Origin: Eledone cirrhosa
Lineage: Eukaryota
Assembly: GCA_964016885.1 (NCBI GenBank)
Contig: OZ024740.1
Span: forward strand, 327,670,001 to 327,734,000
Direction of reading: 5' to 3'
DNA length: 64,000 bases
Within the stretch, counting starts at the first letter, position 1, and each line of letters starts with the position of its first letter. Of the stretch, positions 1 to 15,179 are shown piece by piece. Made by a program: the position numbers and the translations under genes. A model generated the notes under the pieces. That model was not told the DNA's origin. It was given only the letters and a program-made list of their open reading frames with translations, and searched no databases.

Positions 1-1309
1 AGGGAATATTGGAGATTATAAAAAAGTTAAAATGAAAACAAATTAAGCATAGAAAACTTTGATATCAAACTACTATTAATTAATAGCCAAAATGTTAGGG
101 ATCTATAAACACAAAACTATTCTTCAAAATCTGATAAACACGACAGCGTTTTATGTGAAATTCAATCACATTGTTTAGAGTCGTCACTGAAGATATAATA
201 AATGTTAAGCCACGGTGCCAAATAAATCCCCTTAAGTAACATTTATTTTGTTTATCAAATGCAATGCTTCGACAGTAAATTTACTTCTGTACTCATTGCA
301 GAAATAATTAGAGTTATTCAGCAGAAAATCAAATTAACCACTTGACTGATCAGGCTAATCGTTTATAACTTGGGGATTTCCTGTTATGTATTATAATTGC
401 TATAGATAAAATTAATACAATTATATATGTAGCCATTTCACCACACTGAATGTTCCAAAGCCTCTTACATTTACAAAATTTTAAATAGTTTCCTGTAGAA
501 TCATTTCAGATTAAACACCGGTCATTTTATTGTTTGTATAATCGCAGTTAACTATTTGTCATGCACCACAAGATGCAATATGTAAATAGTGAGAATGCTG
601 TATAATCTACGAAGGTTTCTAAAGCTTTCATTTTCGATTTCAAAAATTCCTGTATACTTGCACAAGGCCACAGGAAACAAATCAAATATATTATCTCCAA
701 GAAGCCCGGAAATTGACCGGTGGAATTGACCGGTGGAATTCAACCAAGAGCCGCGTACTTGTGGAATGAACTTAACTAGGCGCCTACATATATATTTATT
801 CATTACCTCCGTCGTATTGGTAGCTTTGTTATATTTGTGTGGGGAGTATATATCAACTATAATCTTCCTATACAAATATGCAATATTGTGTCAACGAAAG
901 AAATTTATGTTAATAAATATGGTCGAAATTTTATAAACTTGTTTAATAATATACGTATATGTTTTTCATAAAGAATTTCTACGTTAACATTAATTTGTTA
1001 ATCTATGTGTAAATTCCAAATATTATTCATAAATAACATGTAGAAAGGAACTTAGAGGAGAGTGAACGGTGTGGATAATGGATTATATGATAATTATATT
1101 CTGAAAAATCGTGGTTCAACTTTCCTGAGGCTGTTTTGTTCAGGTTCTAAAGAAATGTGCCACGGTCTGTTCCACGCCATGAAACACCTATCCGCCAGCC
1201 TTGAACAAGCCTCTTATATTTTTACAAATCATTTAGAAAAAAAATGTATTAGCATTATTATTTTCGAGATGATTATAGTTCTATAACTGAGGAACCAACG
1301 AGGAAACCC

Positions 1310-1500
1310 ATACGCAGTATCTCGATCTGCTAAAATTAACAGCCAAATCGCACTCAAATCATACTGTACCGTCTTAAAATATTAAGGAAACATTAGATAA
1401 TGTAGTCAACTGCACGGAAACAAAATATGGGATTACCATAGCTGAAATAACTATAACCATAGGCTTGCTCGATCAGAGATGACGGGTAACTAAACAACAT
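1310..1500 (+). repeat. Interspersed repeat family fragment; related copies at about 37200-37360 (+), 53300-53490 (+) and 57540-57730 (-)
   Basis: Shared motif series ('ctgctaaaattaacagccaaatc..ctcaaatca..ctaccgtcttaaa', '..ataggcttgctcgatcagag..taaacaaca') recurs in diverged form; boundaries approximate. Confidence 0.55.
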
Positions 1501-1869
1501 GGTATTCGGTTTTCTTTTTTCATTAGATTACAATCATTGTAACGGGTCCATAAATAGCGCCCTTTTACTGAACTACAAGCTATATCTATTGATATTTGCG
1601 TAGTACAGTGTAGCATATTTTTATAAACACTCTATGCACAAATATATGAAAACACTTTGATTTTTTATAGAATATTTAGGTGAACAGTAAAAAAGGATTC
1701 GCCGAATTCATTTCAATTCTGTATTGGCGTTTTATCAATGAGTGTGCACCCTTTTTTAACTCTTCACGGAGACGCTATTTATCAGCCTATTCTTAATAAT
1801 TCCTTAAGTATATTGTATTGGCCAAGTTACATATAAGGTGAATGTGTCTGACCTAATAGCTATGGTGTT

Positions 1870-2195
1870 TGCCCTCACAATCGTAATATTTGGGGTTCAA
1901 TCCCAGGACTGGGTAACATGTGTCCTTGAATATGACACTTCCTTTGCCTTTGACTGTACCCTATTCTACTCAGCTCAAAATACGCACCAACAGCAGCGGC
2001 TGTGGTTAAACTTCAAACAATCTGGTACGTAACATCACAATCGTAAGATTTGGAGTTCGATCCCAGAACTGGGCGGTATGTGTCCTTGAATATGACACTT
2101 CATTTAACCATGCCCTATTCTACACCGCTCAAAATCCACACCAGCAGCCACAGCTGGGGCTAAACTTCTAGCGGTCTGGTACTTAACGTCACAGG
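1870..2195 (+). repeat. Tandem duplication (~160 bp unit) of a tRNA-derived SINE head fragment
   Basis: 'cacaatcgtaa.atttgg.gttc.atccca...tgtgtccttgaatatgacacttc' occurs at ~1876 and ~2036; B-box-like GTTCRATCC. Confidence 0.65.
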
Positions 2196-3261
2196 AAACC
2201 GAAATAAGCTCCAGTCTTACTCCAACACATAACATCATCGAAAAAATGGGCGACAAACTGATGATAAAATACATATAAAATTCATGCTTGACTATTAGTT
2301 CGAGTAATATATTATTGGCTCGTTAACAGTGCTATGGTTTTTCCAATATTCTGTACTACAGAATATAACTGTCGATTTTAATCAACACTGTAGATATAGA
2401 CAGATATAAAGACGGTGTCTTCATATATAATATATTCACAGTGGGATTTGATGAGCGACTGATTACCCTCTTTAACTGTCCATGGAGACATTGATTAAAA
2501 ACCGAAACTAACTATATTGATTATATATATATAAACATATACACATATAAGTATAAATATATACAAGTACATATAAACATATATATAGGTATATATGTAT
2601 GTGTGTATATATATATGTGTGTGTGTGTACTTTATATACACACATACATATATGCCTGTATGTGTACTATATATATAAATATATATATATTTGTATTAGT
2701 AGAATTGATACGTCAAACCAATTGAACTAGTATGATTAGTTCAATTGGTCTGAAGAACTAATCATATATACCTTTACTGGCGTCAGTCACAAGACAGATG
2801 TCATAATAGGACACCACCTTGATTTAGTCGACCAAATCAACCATATCGACCTCAGCACTTTTTCTAATCTACTACTCCACCAGGAACACACATATATTCA
2901 CACATACAGAAACCATACACCCACACCTATTGGCATCACATACCAACACAGAACACGGACCACTCACACAGACAACATACTTACATACATACACACACCA
3001 CTACCACCACAAAAATATACACCATATCAACACAATTGCAAATAAAATATATGACCTTATAGTGATCCGTAAAGACAAAACCGAATTTTTAAATTCTTTT
3101 AAATTCTTAATGGTTCAATTGTTTTGTTATTCTTGTTTAGGGCGTCTTTGTATGTACGTGTGTATATATATATGTGATGTCCGTACGAGTCTCCTCCGCC
3201 TCCAACTATCTTACCCTCCACCTTTTGCTCCCGATCGATAGGATGGAGAATACATTGCAGC

Positions 3262-3445
3262 ACACGGTCGCCGTCGAGACCTCAGGCGTAATTGGAACTC
3301 GTACTGCCGAGCTCCTCCGCAAGATCAGAGCGTTGCCGGCCCGTTTGAGCAGGGAGCTCCGCGAAGTTGGGTGTCTGTTGCAGCAGGTGTCACTGGCAAT
3401 CGTCCGCGGGAATGCTTTTGCCGTCTTGTCAGCGGGGAGCAGCAC
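3262..3445 (+). pseudogene. C-terminal fragment of a CRE-like non-LTR retrotransposon (restriction-like endonuclease end)
   Basis: ORF 3174-3500 reads VAVETSGVIG...LLQQVSLAIVRGNAFAVL, matching the P(I/V)AVETxG...QRxSxAIQRGNA ending of CRE-type elements; GC-rich island in AT-rich DNA. Confidence 0.7.
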
Positions 3446-3632
3446 TTTTGCCCTCTTTCCCAATCACCCCCCCCCCCGTCTCTTTTCTGCGACACCATAG
3501 CTCTTACCATCCACTCCCCTTCCTCTTCTTTTTCTTCTTTCTTTCTCTCTTTTTTTCTCTATATTTCACTATTCTTTCTTTCCCTTTTGTTCCCTTTTTT
3601 TTAAATATTGCCGTCATTATAGTTGTCATTAT

Positions 3633-4443
3633 TGAAGTACCAGTAATGCACTGGGTATTTGCTGGCCTTGTGCCTAAAGTAGAAACAATTATTGGTGGAT
3701 TGGCAGTATCGGTAGAGCGTCAGACTCCATGCTTTGTAGCCCTTTATGATCTAAGTTCAAATCCCGCCGAGGTTAACTTTGCTTTTCATCCTTACGGAGG
3801 TCGATAAAATAAAGTACCAGTAACGTACTGGGGTCGATTTAATCGACTTTCCCCTCCCCTAAAATTACTGGCATTGTGTCTATACTAGAAATCATTATTG
3901 TGTGGATTGGCAGTATCGGTAGAGAGTCGGACGCCATGCTTTCTAGCATAGTTACGTCCCTTTACGGTCTGAGTTCAAATCCCGCCGAGGTTAATTTTGC
4001 CTTTCATCCTTACTGGGTCGATAAAATAAAGTAACAGTGACGTACTATGCTCGATTTAATCGACTTTCCCCTCCCCCAAAATTGCTGACCCTGTGCCTAA
4101 ACTAGAAATCATTATTTGGTGCAGTGGATTGGGAGTATCGGTAGAGGTTCTGACGCCATGCTTTGCAGCAAAGAGTTACGGCCCTTTATCGTCTGAGTTC
4201 AAATCCCACCGAGGTTAACTTTGCCTTTCATCCTTACGGGGTCGATAAAATAAAGTACCAGTAATACACTGGGATAATTGCTGGCCTTGTGCCAAAAGTA
4301 GAAACAATTATTATTGTAACAGTAAATAATTGTTTCTACTTTAGGCACAAGGCCAGCAATTACCCAGTGCATTACTGGTACTTTATTTTATCGACCCCGT
4401 AAGGATGAAAGGCAAAGTCAACCTCGGTGGGATTTGAACTCAG
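3633..4443. mobile_element. Cluster of octopus-type tRNA-derived SINEs: three tandem + copies (~3692-3897, ~3900-4115, ~4120-4312) and a 5'-truncated - copy (4331-4443)
   Basis: Repeated 'ctgagttcaaatcccgccgaggttaactttgcctttcatccttacggggtcgataaaataaagtaccag...gccttgtgcctaaagtagaaacaattatt'; the - copy is flanked by the 15-bp direct repeat gtaacagtaaataat (4316-4330, 4443-4457). Confidence 0.85.
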
Positions 4444-4838
4444 TAACAGTAAATAATATCATGTTTATACAGTTTTTATCATAAATAAATTGTTTTATAC
4501 ATTTTCGAAACTAATGCTGACTGCAAAACATTAGCAATTTCTGATATCCAACTATTAAATCTTCGGCATACAGACTGAATATATCTTCCTTCTTATTGGT
4601 ACAGATACACAGATACAAACAGTCACACGAGCTTATACACACACATAAACGTACGCTCACATACACACACTAATAAACTCATTCAAACAGGTGTACACTG
4701 ATAAAATCCATAAATACACTCACATTCACACGCATGCACACTCATACATAAACACATACGTACACACACACACAGAAAGAACAAAATAAAATGAATGACA
4801 CTATCAATGAAAGACCACGGCCCCTAAACCTGCATACT

Positions 4839-4954
4839 GCACTACTTGCCTGATCACCTCAACCATTCTGATAATTATCAGAATGGTTGAGGTGATCAGG
4901 CAAGTAGTGCTAGAAAGCTCGAAACCAATTATAATTGGTTTCGAACTTTCTAGC
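4839..4954. repeat. Two abutting spacerless palindromes (72 bp perfect at 4839-4910; 46 bp with one mismatch at 4909-4954)
   Basis: Base-by-base complementarity around centres ataa|ttat and atta|taat. Confidence 0.9.
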
Positions 4955-5086
4955 CTCCTCTTTCTCCGAACTTTGGTCTTTCCTGATGATAGGAATGATA
5001 AACATAATGTACGATACGTTGAAACATTCAAGAAATGTGAAACTAATAAGTATCTGCGTTTGTATCGTTTACCGTGAATTGTGTAT

Positions 5087-5200
<114 letters not shown>

Positions 5201-5887
5201 ATACTTGGGGAGGGTCATATTTGTGTAATATTGCCAGAATTAATAATAGAACACACTCACTGTTTGGTTGGTTTTCGCTTTTCGCTTCTGTGTCTTTTAA
5301 ATCTAATTTATTCGGTCCTCAATGTTGCCATTGACTGACCGACGGTCAAAAATAATACAGATACAATATAGACACAAACACATATATATAGTTTCTTTCG
5401 TTGCACATCTGCAACATCGTCAATGGTGCTATTGTTTCCTCCCGTTACATCGTATTTTCTACGCCATCTTTATTTAGTCTGTTTATATATTTATTTATTT
5501 GTTTATTTTATTTTGTCTTCTTTGCGCATGCGTTTGCGTGTGTGTATAGTGTTTTGTTTGATGTATATATATATATATATATACATTTAAAAAAATGAAG
5601 AATTAGAAATAGAAGTTAGGAATATCCATCATCAGTTGTCTACTAGCCATCATAGGTATTTCTTCGCATTACAGACAATATACTTCCGCCTAGGGCGATA
5701 CAATAACTAAAATAAGTTATTGCGATAAAAAGAGTTGGGTGGAGAAAGAGAAAGACATGTAAACAGACACGAATGGTGAGGCAACGTAAAGAGAGGAAAA
5801 AATGAAAAAATCAAGTCAATAATTCATTTCGAACATAAGAACGGGCGAATGTTAACGAGGAGAACAAAGACACGTCTTAACCGTACG

Positions 5888-5943
<56 letters not shown>

Positions 5944-6049
5944 AATGTAATGAATCAAAACATATCAAATATGTTAGAATTTTTGCTCAATAGACTTTAT
6001 CCAAAGCAATAATAAATTAAATGAGAAAGATATATATATAGAGAGAGAG

Positions 6050-6200
6050 AGAAAGAGAAAGATCATATACCGTAGAGAGATCGCAGTATATTGTATATAT
6101 ACTAGATACATATTTCATAGAGGAATATGTACATATTCCTCTATGTATAGTATATATACAATATACTGTGTTTGCTCTACGGTATATGGTTCTTTCTCTC
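6050..6200. repeat. Imperfect fold-back inverted repeat centred on catagaggaatatgtacatattcctctatg
   Basis: Perfect central palindrome 6116-6145 with diverged flanking arms (catataccgtagag / ctctacggtatatg; cagtatattgtatatatacta / tagtatatatacaatatactg). Confidence 0.75.
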
Positions 6201-6479
6201 TATGTATATACATATTAAATCATTAAATTATTGAAACTTTAAGCATATTCCACAGATGGTATGGCGCATGATTCTGATATCCTCAGACATGACATCCTTA
6301 ACATAATTTTGGTACTACTGCTCCTATGTTCATTAATTTATCAAATTCGATGACGATCATCTTCAATAGTGAATTCTTAACGACTGTACTTAGATAGCAA
6401 CAGCAACGAAAGGCGCGGCTCCATACACTAAGAACAGATTATTTGTGAGTGTGCTTTTAATAAAGTTGTGCGATATTGA

Positions 6480-6760
6480 CAGGAAATGTAGTCTCTCTTG
6501 GACCCATGAATGTTGCATCACGTCGCATTTAAAAGATTATGCTTTTGCATTTCAAGAGCAAAATATCAAACCAACAGGGATATCTTAAACCTCCAAAATG
6601 GATCAACATATAGATTAGGCTACATTTCTCTGACAGATATTACATATGTGATCAGCAACCGCGCAAACTTTCATTAAGGTAATATATTTTAATGCGGTAT
6701 GTTGTTGCTACATCAATATAGAATGTCATCTGCAGGAAAATCACTCTGCGATAAGTATAA
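6480..6760 (+). pseudogene. Highly decayed R4/Dong-like LINE fragment (RT end / CCHC region)
   Basis: Reads TSHLKDYAFAFQEQN...DITYVISN...MRYVVA, paralleling SHFEGYAFAIQEQE...DITRVISNC...MRHDVVA of ORF 60195-60599. Confidence 0.6.
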
Positions 6761-7531
6761 AAAAATATTTGTTGTTGAGTATATGAATGTGTTTCAGAAG
6801 AAGAAATATAGGAGATGGAATACACCCATAAAACCTCTGCAAAATTCCAATTCACAAACTCAATGAAAAAGAATATTTAAGAACAGCTGCTTCGAAACTC
6901 TTCTTTAATTATGAATTCAGCCTAATAGATATTGGTGTTTATTATCTATAATTATTGGTGCGCTTGGTTATGTCAATCGATTTCTGTGATAATTTCTGTG
7001 ATAATCTCGAAAAGCTGGGTCTAACTACGTAACACACAAGATAGTATAACACACAAGCACACATATACTCACTTACATAATACATCTAAACAGACATTAC
7101 ACTGTTATATTTTCCCCCAGATGTTTGTATGCTTCAGAATTTATATCTTTTTTTTCTTTCTTCTCTCCTTCCATGCTCGTATTAAATCTATTATTTACTT
7201 TTTCCTATTACAATATATAGAAACAATCTTGGACCCTAATTAATTCCTCTAAGTTCATAATTCATTTAACCTTATCTTCATTCACCTTATCTTCTTAATA
7301 TATTTTATTTTAATAATACATTTTAATAAATTCCTTTTCGCACATCTTATTAAACCCTTCAATATATAAACCTTAAATAAATACTATTCTTAATTCCTTT
7401 TTCTTTAAGCATAAGCATCACCATTCATAAACCTCATTAACTTTTAATTTCTTAATTTTTTAAATTTTGTATTATCTTACAACGGTTTTTTTTTATTTTT
7501 CTCTGTGAGACAGTGTTTCTCAGTACTAAAT

Positions 7532-7609
<78 letters not shown>

Positions 7610-7865
7610 TCTCTCTCTCTCACACTCCTTTTCTCCTCCTCTCTCATCCTTCCTTCTTATACTCCTCCTCCGTCATCCTTTCCTTATTATTATATTTTTT
7701 TCTTCTATCTATATTCTTTTTTCCTCTTCCTTACCTTTTCCTTCCCCGCTTCCTTCATTTTTCCCAATCTCACATATCCATCTTATTTTATTTTTCATAT
7801 GTTGATTTAACACTTCACTGCTCGCAAGTGTTTTTTAAGCTTCATATCATGTTTCCCTATTTTAT

Positions 7866-7927
7866 CTGATGAGAACGCAAATATCATCCCATGATGATGT
7901 TTGTTTTTGAAATGCGCATACATGGAA
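7866..7927 (+). ncRNA. Minimal type I hammerhead ribozyme motif (stem I poorly paired) in a PLE-type 3' end
   Basis: CTGATGA, long stem II (gaacgcaaatatcatc/gatgatgtttgttttt), GAAA, palindromic ATGCGCAT, AUA site; followed by a tail ending in (TA)n at ~8045. Confidence 0.55.
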
Positions 7928-8041
7928 CTCTTTTAACCATCTTTTGATTTTATATTATTTATACTCCAGTCCGATAAACTGTTGAGTGCTACTTATCCGA
8001 TATTTGCATTGCTTTATTGTGCTACAATAAAACTCATCTCC

Positions 8042-8138
<97 letters not shown>

Positions 8139-8429
8139 TAGAAAGAGTCGGGGCCCGACAGCCGAGCTCTTGCCATTTTGACAGCTAATTCTAAACTGTG
8201 TGTGTTCTAATAATGGCTGCAGCCTTCCTATGAACTAATCACTTTGATGTACTCCAAAGCGAATTATCCCCCCCCCCCCCAAGTGGCTTAGCTCCCGTTG
8301 ACCAGTTTACAGGCAGAAACATCGAAAAATAAGGTTGACTTTTGTATCTCTGGCACTAAATTAATCAAAATTATCACTACACTCACACACGGACACAAAC
8401 AGACACGCACAGATAGACACACACACGCT

Positions 8430-8488
<59 letters not shown>

Positions 8489-8490
<2 letters not shown>

Positions 8491-8790
8491 AAGGCGGGTA
8501 AAATTCCCGAGATCCATGGACGAGTTCTCTCCAGCGGTCTCTGTCCCTCATTATCGCTGCCATGTCCTGCGTCTCCAACAGACCAGTGTCTGTCCTTAGG
8601 GCATCAACATACGTTAACCTTGGTCTTCCTCTTCTAGTGTGTACATGTAGAGGCTTCCAAAGGAGCACTGAGTGCAATGTCAACTCTGGATGTCGGTGAG
8701 CATGTCCAGCTAACCTCAGTCTCCTCTGTGTCACTTTTGAGCTGACTTTTGGGATACTCCCATACAGCTCTGAGTTGTTCATCCTCAGGG
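8489..8790 (-). pseudogene. 3' fragment of an RTE-clade LINE
   Basis: NNSELYG...RRLRLAGH..RH....VLLWKP.H...RRGRP..TYVD.L..D.G......M.DRD.WR is the typical RTE C-terminus. Confidence 0.85.
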
Positions 8791-8913
8791 GGATATATCA
8801 GGAACATATATATATATATAATAATATATATATATATATAATATATATATATATAATATAATAAATATATATATATATAATATAGACATAACACACTTAC
8901 AAACACCCATACA

Positions 8914-8955
<42 letters not shown>

Positions 8956-8986
8956 CAGACTCAGCCACACACACACAGAGACTCAG

Positions 8987-9058
<72 letters not shown>

Positions 9059-9262
9059 TCACACACATATATACGTCGGCTATATCTGGACTAAATTTAG
9101 TCCAGCCGTCTAAACGACTTGAGCTCTGCCGTCGGGGTCCTGAACCTTTTCCTATATATATATAGTAATAATAATAAGTGTGAAGACTAAAATCCGAAGA
9201 GGGCCCGATAAGGATAATATATATATAAAATTATATAAAACCATAGAGCAAATATTTATCAA

Positions 9263-9339
9263 AATAACAGATTAAAGATTCAGAAGATCCCGTTAAGGGT
9301 GAAAGCAGCGATTCTTTGCTTAAACTTTAATCTGTTATT
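9263..9339 (+). ncRNA. Degenerate hammerhead motif (core CAGAAGA); mirror copy at 9746-9822 (-)
   Basis: 18-bp stem I with one mismatch (aataacagattaaagatt/aaactttaatctgttatt), ccc/ggg stem II, GAAA, gcag/ttgc stem III, CUU; U4 is replaced by A. Confidence 0.55.
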
Positions 9340-9403
9340 CTAATAAATATATATATATATTTTTCTTGCCCGCCAAAAATGCGATTTTCGCTGAATCTTT
9401 ATT

Positions 9404-9442
<39 letters not shown>

Positions 9443-9447
<5 letters not shown>

Positions 9448-9632
9448 AAAAGAGTCAAGACCCTGACGGCTGAGCTCCGGCCGTTTGGACAGCTAGTTCG
9501 GATCTAGCTGTCGAAACGACCGGAGCTCAGCCGTCGGGTCCTGACTCTTTTCCTATTACCCAATTTACTACCCTAAGTATTGAGTACTCTGGTGCGTTAT
9601 GGTCCACCTGGTTTCTTACCACACCATCTTTG

Positions 9633-9633
<1 letters not shown>
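9443..9633 (+). mobile_element. Short fold-back pLTR-like element; relatives at ~8141-8195, 9085-9155, 14376-14525, 22841-23118 and 45325-45390
   Basis: Hairpin 9443-9555 plus tail 'ttcctattac...attgagtact.tggtgcgttatggtcca.ctggtt.cttaccaca...gtta(TA)n' shared among copies. Confidence 0.75.
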
Positions 9634-9681
<48 letters not shown>

Positions 9682-10029
9682 AATAAAGATTCAGCGAAAA
9701 TCGCATTTTTGGCGGGCAAGAAAAATATATATATATATATATAAAAATAACAGATTAAAGTTTAAGCAAAGAATCGCTGCTTTCACCCTTAACGGGATCT
9801 TCTGAATCTTTAATCTGTTATTTTGATAAATATTTGCTCTATGGTTTTATATAATTTTATATATATATTATCCTTATCGGGCCCTCTTCGGATTTTAGTC
9901 TTCACACTTATTATTATTACTATATATATATAGGAAAATGTTCAGGACCCCGACGGCAGAGCTCAAGTCGTTTAGACGGCTGGACTAAATTTAGTCCAGA
10001 TATAGCCGACGTATATATGTGTGTGAGTG

Positions 10030-10150
<121 letters not shown>

Positions 10151-10193
10151 GTGTGTGTGTGTCTGAGTCTCTGTGTGTGTGTGGCTGAGTCTG

Positions 10194-10235
<42 letters not shown>

Positions 10236-10572
10236 TGTATGGGTGTTTGTAAGTGTGTTATGTCTATATTATAAAGGGTTTCGAGTTAAAGACCAAAGTA
10301 TATCACTTCAATCTTTTACCGGTCTTTTTCTCAATCCCAAGTGGCTAACAAGATGTTTCCCCTTCCTCTTCCTTCTTTGGATGAAACAAAATCGATATTG
10401 TTGGTGCATTAATTGACTAACGGTCTGTTTTGTAGCGGCTTCCTATAGTATCAGACATTAGTCTTTCAGAAAACCACAACTATTGCCAAAAGGTATTTAT
10501 AAAATGAATAGTTGACTTTCACCTGAAGACAAGTGTATACAATGTATGCAAATACACACATATACGCACAAA

Positions 10573-10628
<56 letters not shown>

Positions 10629-10722
10629 TATGCAGATATATATACACAGACATACACACACAGACACATATATATATATATATACACGCCCCAATATATA
10701 TATATGTATGTATATATATATG

Positions 10723-10771
<49 letters not shown>

Positions 10772-10797
10772 ATGTATATATATACATATATACATAT

Positions 10798-10828
<31 letters not shown>

Positions 10829-11171
10829 GGTGTGTGTGTGTGTGTGTGTAATATATGTAAGTACGTATGTGTATTTGCGTTGATGAGGTGCACGTACACG
10901 TACGAGGATCTATTCTGTTTCTAACAAGATATATATAAGATATATTCTAATTCCAGAATACCATCAATAATAAATATGTCATAAATGTACTTCGGCCTAT
11001 AAATAGAGCCTGATGATGATGTTGCAATTCTACTTCTTATCGACACGTCTCAAAGGAAAACATTTAACAGAAATTAGTTTTCACAAAGATATTAATATAA
11101 TACAGCACAGTGCATAAAATAAAAGCTTCTGAACCATATGTGTTCATGTGTGTGTGTGTGTGTGTGTGTGC

Positions 11172-11959
<788 letters not shown>

Positions 11960-12639
11960 AATTATATATATATATATATATATATATTGGCACCTGTGCG
12001 GTTGTCTGCTCTATTGCCGCTACATCGTCGATGTATACCTAATATATTTATATATTAAATATACGGTACATAATTTAATCGAGGTTACGCAAATGTTTAT
12101 GGAAATAAACACTTCGGGTTTATATACATGTAAATGTGTGAAATCTACGTATTTCCTGTAAATTGAAAAATTGATGATTATTCGAGATCCATTATCGACC
12201 CTATTGGGATCTCATAAAGAATATACACATCAAACGAACGAAATGAAATACATATGTAAATCTGATATCTGTATATCCGCTGTATATCTATGAACACGTT
12301 TACACAGCCTCGGTTAAAATTTGTACAGTGTTTGTACAGATATAAATTTACATATTCTTTCGCTGATGAGTGTATAATTAAATATATATTAAATTAGCTA
12401 CCGGCATAGTCACTAGATATATGTAAATTTGTATGCGCCGTATTTGTGCATGTATGTTTACTGCTTTTTTATGTCCCTTAACTTTATGTCTCTTAACGTA
12501 ACGGATCGACGAATAGTGATCGATAAAATATGTAGCAGACACGAGAAAAATATGTGCTGTGGTCGACATGATCTACTAAAACTCTTCAACGTAGCTTCAC
12601 ACCATAAATAATCTAATGGCAGAGGCCAGTAAAAGAAAA

Positions 12640-12990
12640 ATGGAATATAGTTAAATCATGCATGAAACTAGACTGAAGAAATACGCAATACCAAAACGTG
12701 ACAGAAAGACTAACACCTGTATTCAATAGCAGACTGAGGTGAAGGACAAATTCAAGACCATCACGAAGAGCAAACATAGATAGGCTGGCTACGTCTCTCG
12801 TCTCAGAGACAGGTGGACTATTAGAGCGGGAGTGGACACCAATGCAGTGGAGAAAAGTCAAAGGACGGCCGAAGGCAAGATAGCACGACGGTCTGACCCG
12901 ATATCTCGGTCCCACATGGCTCAATATGGCCAGAGGGAAGAAGCAGTGGAGGTCAACCAGTGAGTGTTTCCTGCAACACGAGTGAGGATG
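12640..12990 (+). pseudogene. Decayed 3' fragment of an RTE-clade LINE
   Basis: Across frameshifts reads AGYVSRLRDRWT....WTP...K.KGRPKAR.HD.L.RYLGPTW...AR....WR. Confidence 0.7.
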
Positions 12991-14014
12991 CCCTGAATTT
13001 TTGATTTTGGAAAACCTTTACATACACTTTGAAATAATTAGGTTATATATCAAATATTAATTGAATTAATATTCTTTTTAATTGAATACTTGTAAAGAAC
13101 TCACTAAAACTTCCAAGAATATGTTATATACTACCAATAAATGATATGAATGTATACAGCTGCAACGTTACAGAGAGAGAAACCTTCTTGAGAATTAAGA
13201 AACCAAGATGACCTTGTCACTCATGTAATAACGAGTGTACTAGACTGGAAATTACCTAAACAAGATTAAGCTACGTGATGAATTTATTAAAATAATCAAC
13301 TTAGACAGAATATTCATAACAACTTAGACGGAATATTCATAACAACATTCAAATTCATCAGAATTGGAGTTATTTCTGAAATTTACTGTATTACATTTTA
13401 GGAGTTCACATGATTTTAACCAAGCAAAACTTTGGAATATTGCAAACATAAAAAAAGAACGTAAGAAATTTGCCAGCTTATCCGAGTGTATAGATATAAA
13501 TATATGTATGGTATAATGCACATTGCTAGCCTGCAGTGTGTTAACTGCGACTAATGAGAAAACTGAATTGAATATTGTCTCCTACTGATAAATGGAACCA
13601 GTGTGTCTGAATTGTTAAAGATGAGCTTAATCACAAAACTTACGTGGCACAATATTTCACAAAAACATATGTATTGTCAGATACTCATGCATCGTTTAAT
13701 AAACCATAAATACATATGTACATAAGCAAATGCATACACACATACAAACAAATACACGTACTTGCATACATAATTTCCCTATGTATGTGCACGCATATTT
13801 AACACTGTAAATGAAACAAGGGTATGGAAGAATTAATGAGGAATCCGTGGTCTGCTAAACATGTTATTTTGAGACCGTCGTATAAGCAAATAATTTTATA
13901 TCGATGACTACTAAAACGGTAACAATATATATACGCATGTGAGTGTGTATGTGTGTGTATTATTGTGTATTTCTGTGCATTACATGTATGTATGTATTTA
14001 CATATGTATGCAAC

Positions 14015-14310
14015 CTTAGTGGTTGGGGTATTTGGCTTGCAACTGAATGCCGTGAGTTCGATTCCCGGCAGTAAGATATTTTATTTCACGTTGCTCCAAT
14101 TGATACAGCTATCAAAAATGAGTTGTATCTGTAATTCAAAGAGCCAGCTTTGTCACACATTGTATCGTGTCAAATCTCCTTAAGACCTACAATGAGGGTG
14201 TTCGTGACTGTTGAATGTTCAGTTACTTGAGTGTTAATTTCACAAACAGGCAATTTGGTTGATGATACAGTTGGAGCATCCATCGTCGGAACCAACGGAG
14301 GTCCAACAAT
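14015..14310 (+). mobile_element. tRNA-derived SINE (second family); relatives at 21646-21760 (+) and ~36228-36380 (+)
   Basis: A-box/B-box-like head (tagtggtt...gtgagttcgattcc) followed by 'tttatttcacgttgctcc' core. Confidence 0.7.
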
Positions 14311-14523
14311 AATATATATACATATATGTGAGAGAGACAGAGAGAGAGTGAGATACAGAGAATATATATATATATGAACAAGTAAGACCCCGACGGCAGA
14401 GCTCAAGCCGTTTCGACGGCTAATTCTGGACCGTATTCTGTTCCTATTACCTACTCTACTACCTTAAGTATTGAGTACTTTGGTGCGTTATGGTCCATCT
14501 GGTTCCTTACCACATTTCCTTCG

Positions 14524-14595
<72 letters not shown>

Positions 14596-14827
14596 ATGTA
14601 TTTTTTCTCGCGAGTCAGTTCTTTCGTTGCTACGGACCCCGGCTGAATTACCGGTCGCTCTCTTTATTTTGCAATGCCCTTTAAACTGTATGTTATTACT
14701 CTGAGGTTTTATACCTTGTCGAACGCTTGGCTGCACTGCTGAAGGCATTCGTCGGCTTAGCTGAGGCTCGAGCTTCGAATATGCTGTACTTTCATTTGTA
14801 TATATAGAGAGAGAGATAAATAGATAG

Positions 14828-14898
<71 letters not shown>

Positions 14899-14907
14899 GA
14901 TAGATAC

Positions 14908-15021
<114 letters not shown>

Positions 15022-15179
15022 AGAGAGAGAGAGAGGGGGGAGAGAGGGGGAGATGTATATATGTACTTTAACATATGTCATGGCATTTAAATAGTTGTAT
15101 TAACTGCTGAAACCAGAATTACATTGCTTGGAATTGTGAAACCTTACGAAATACAATATTGAGTACAACTGATTTTTCA

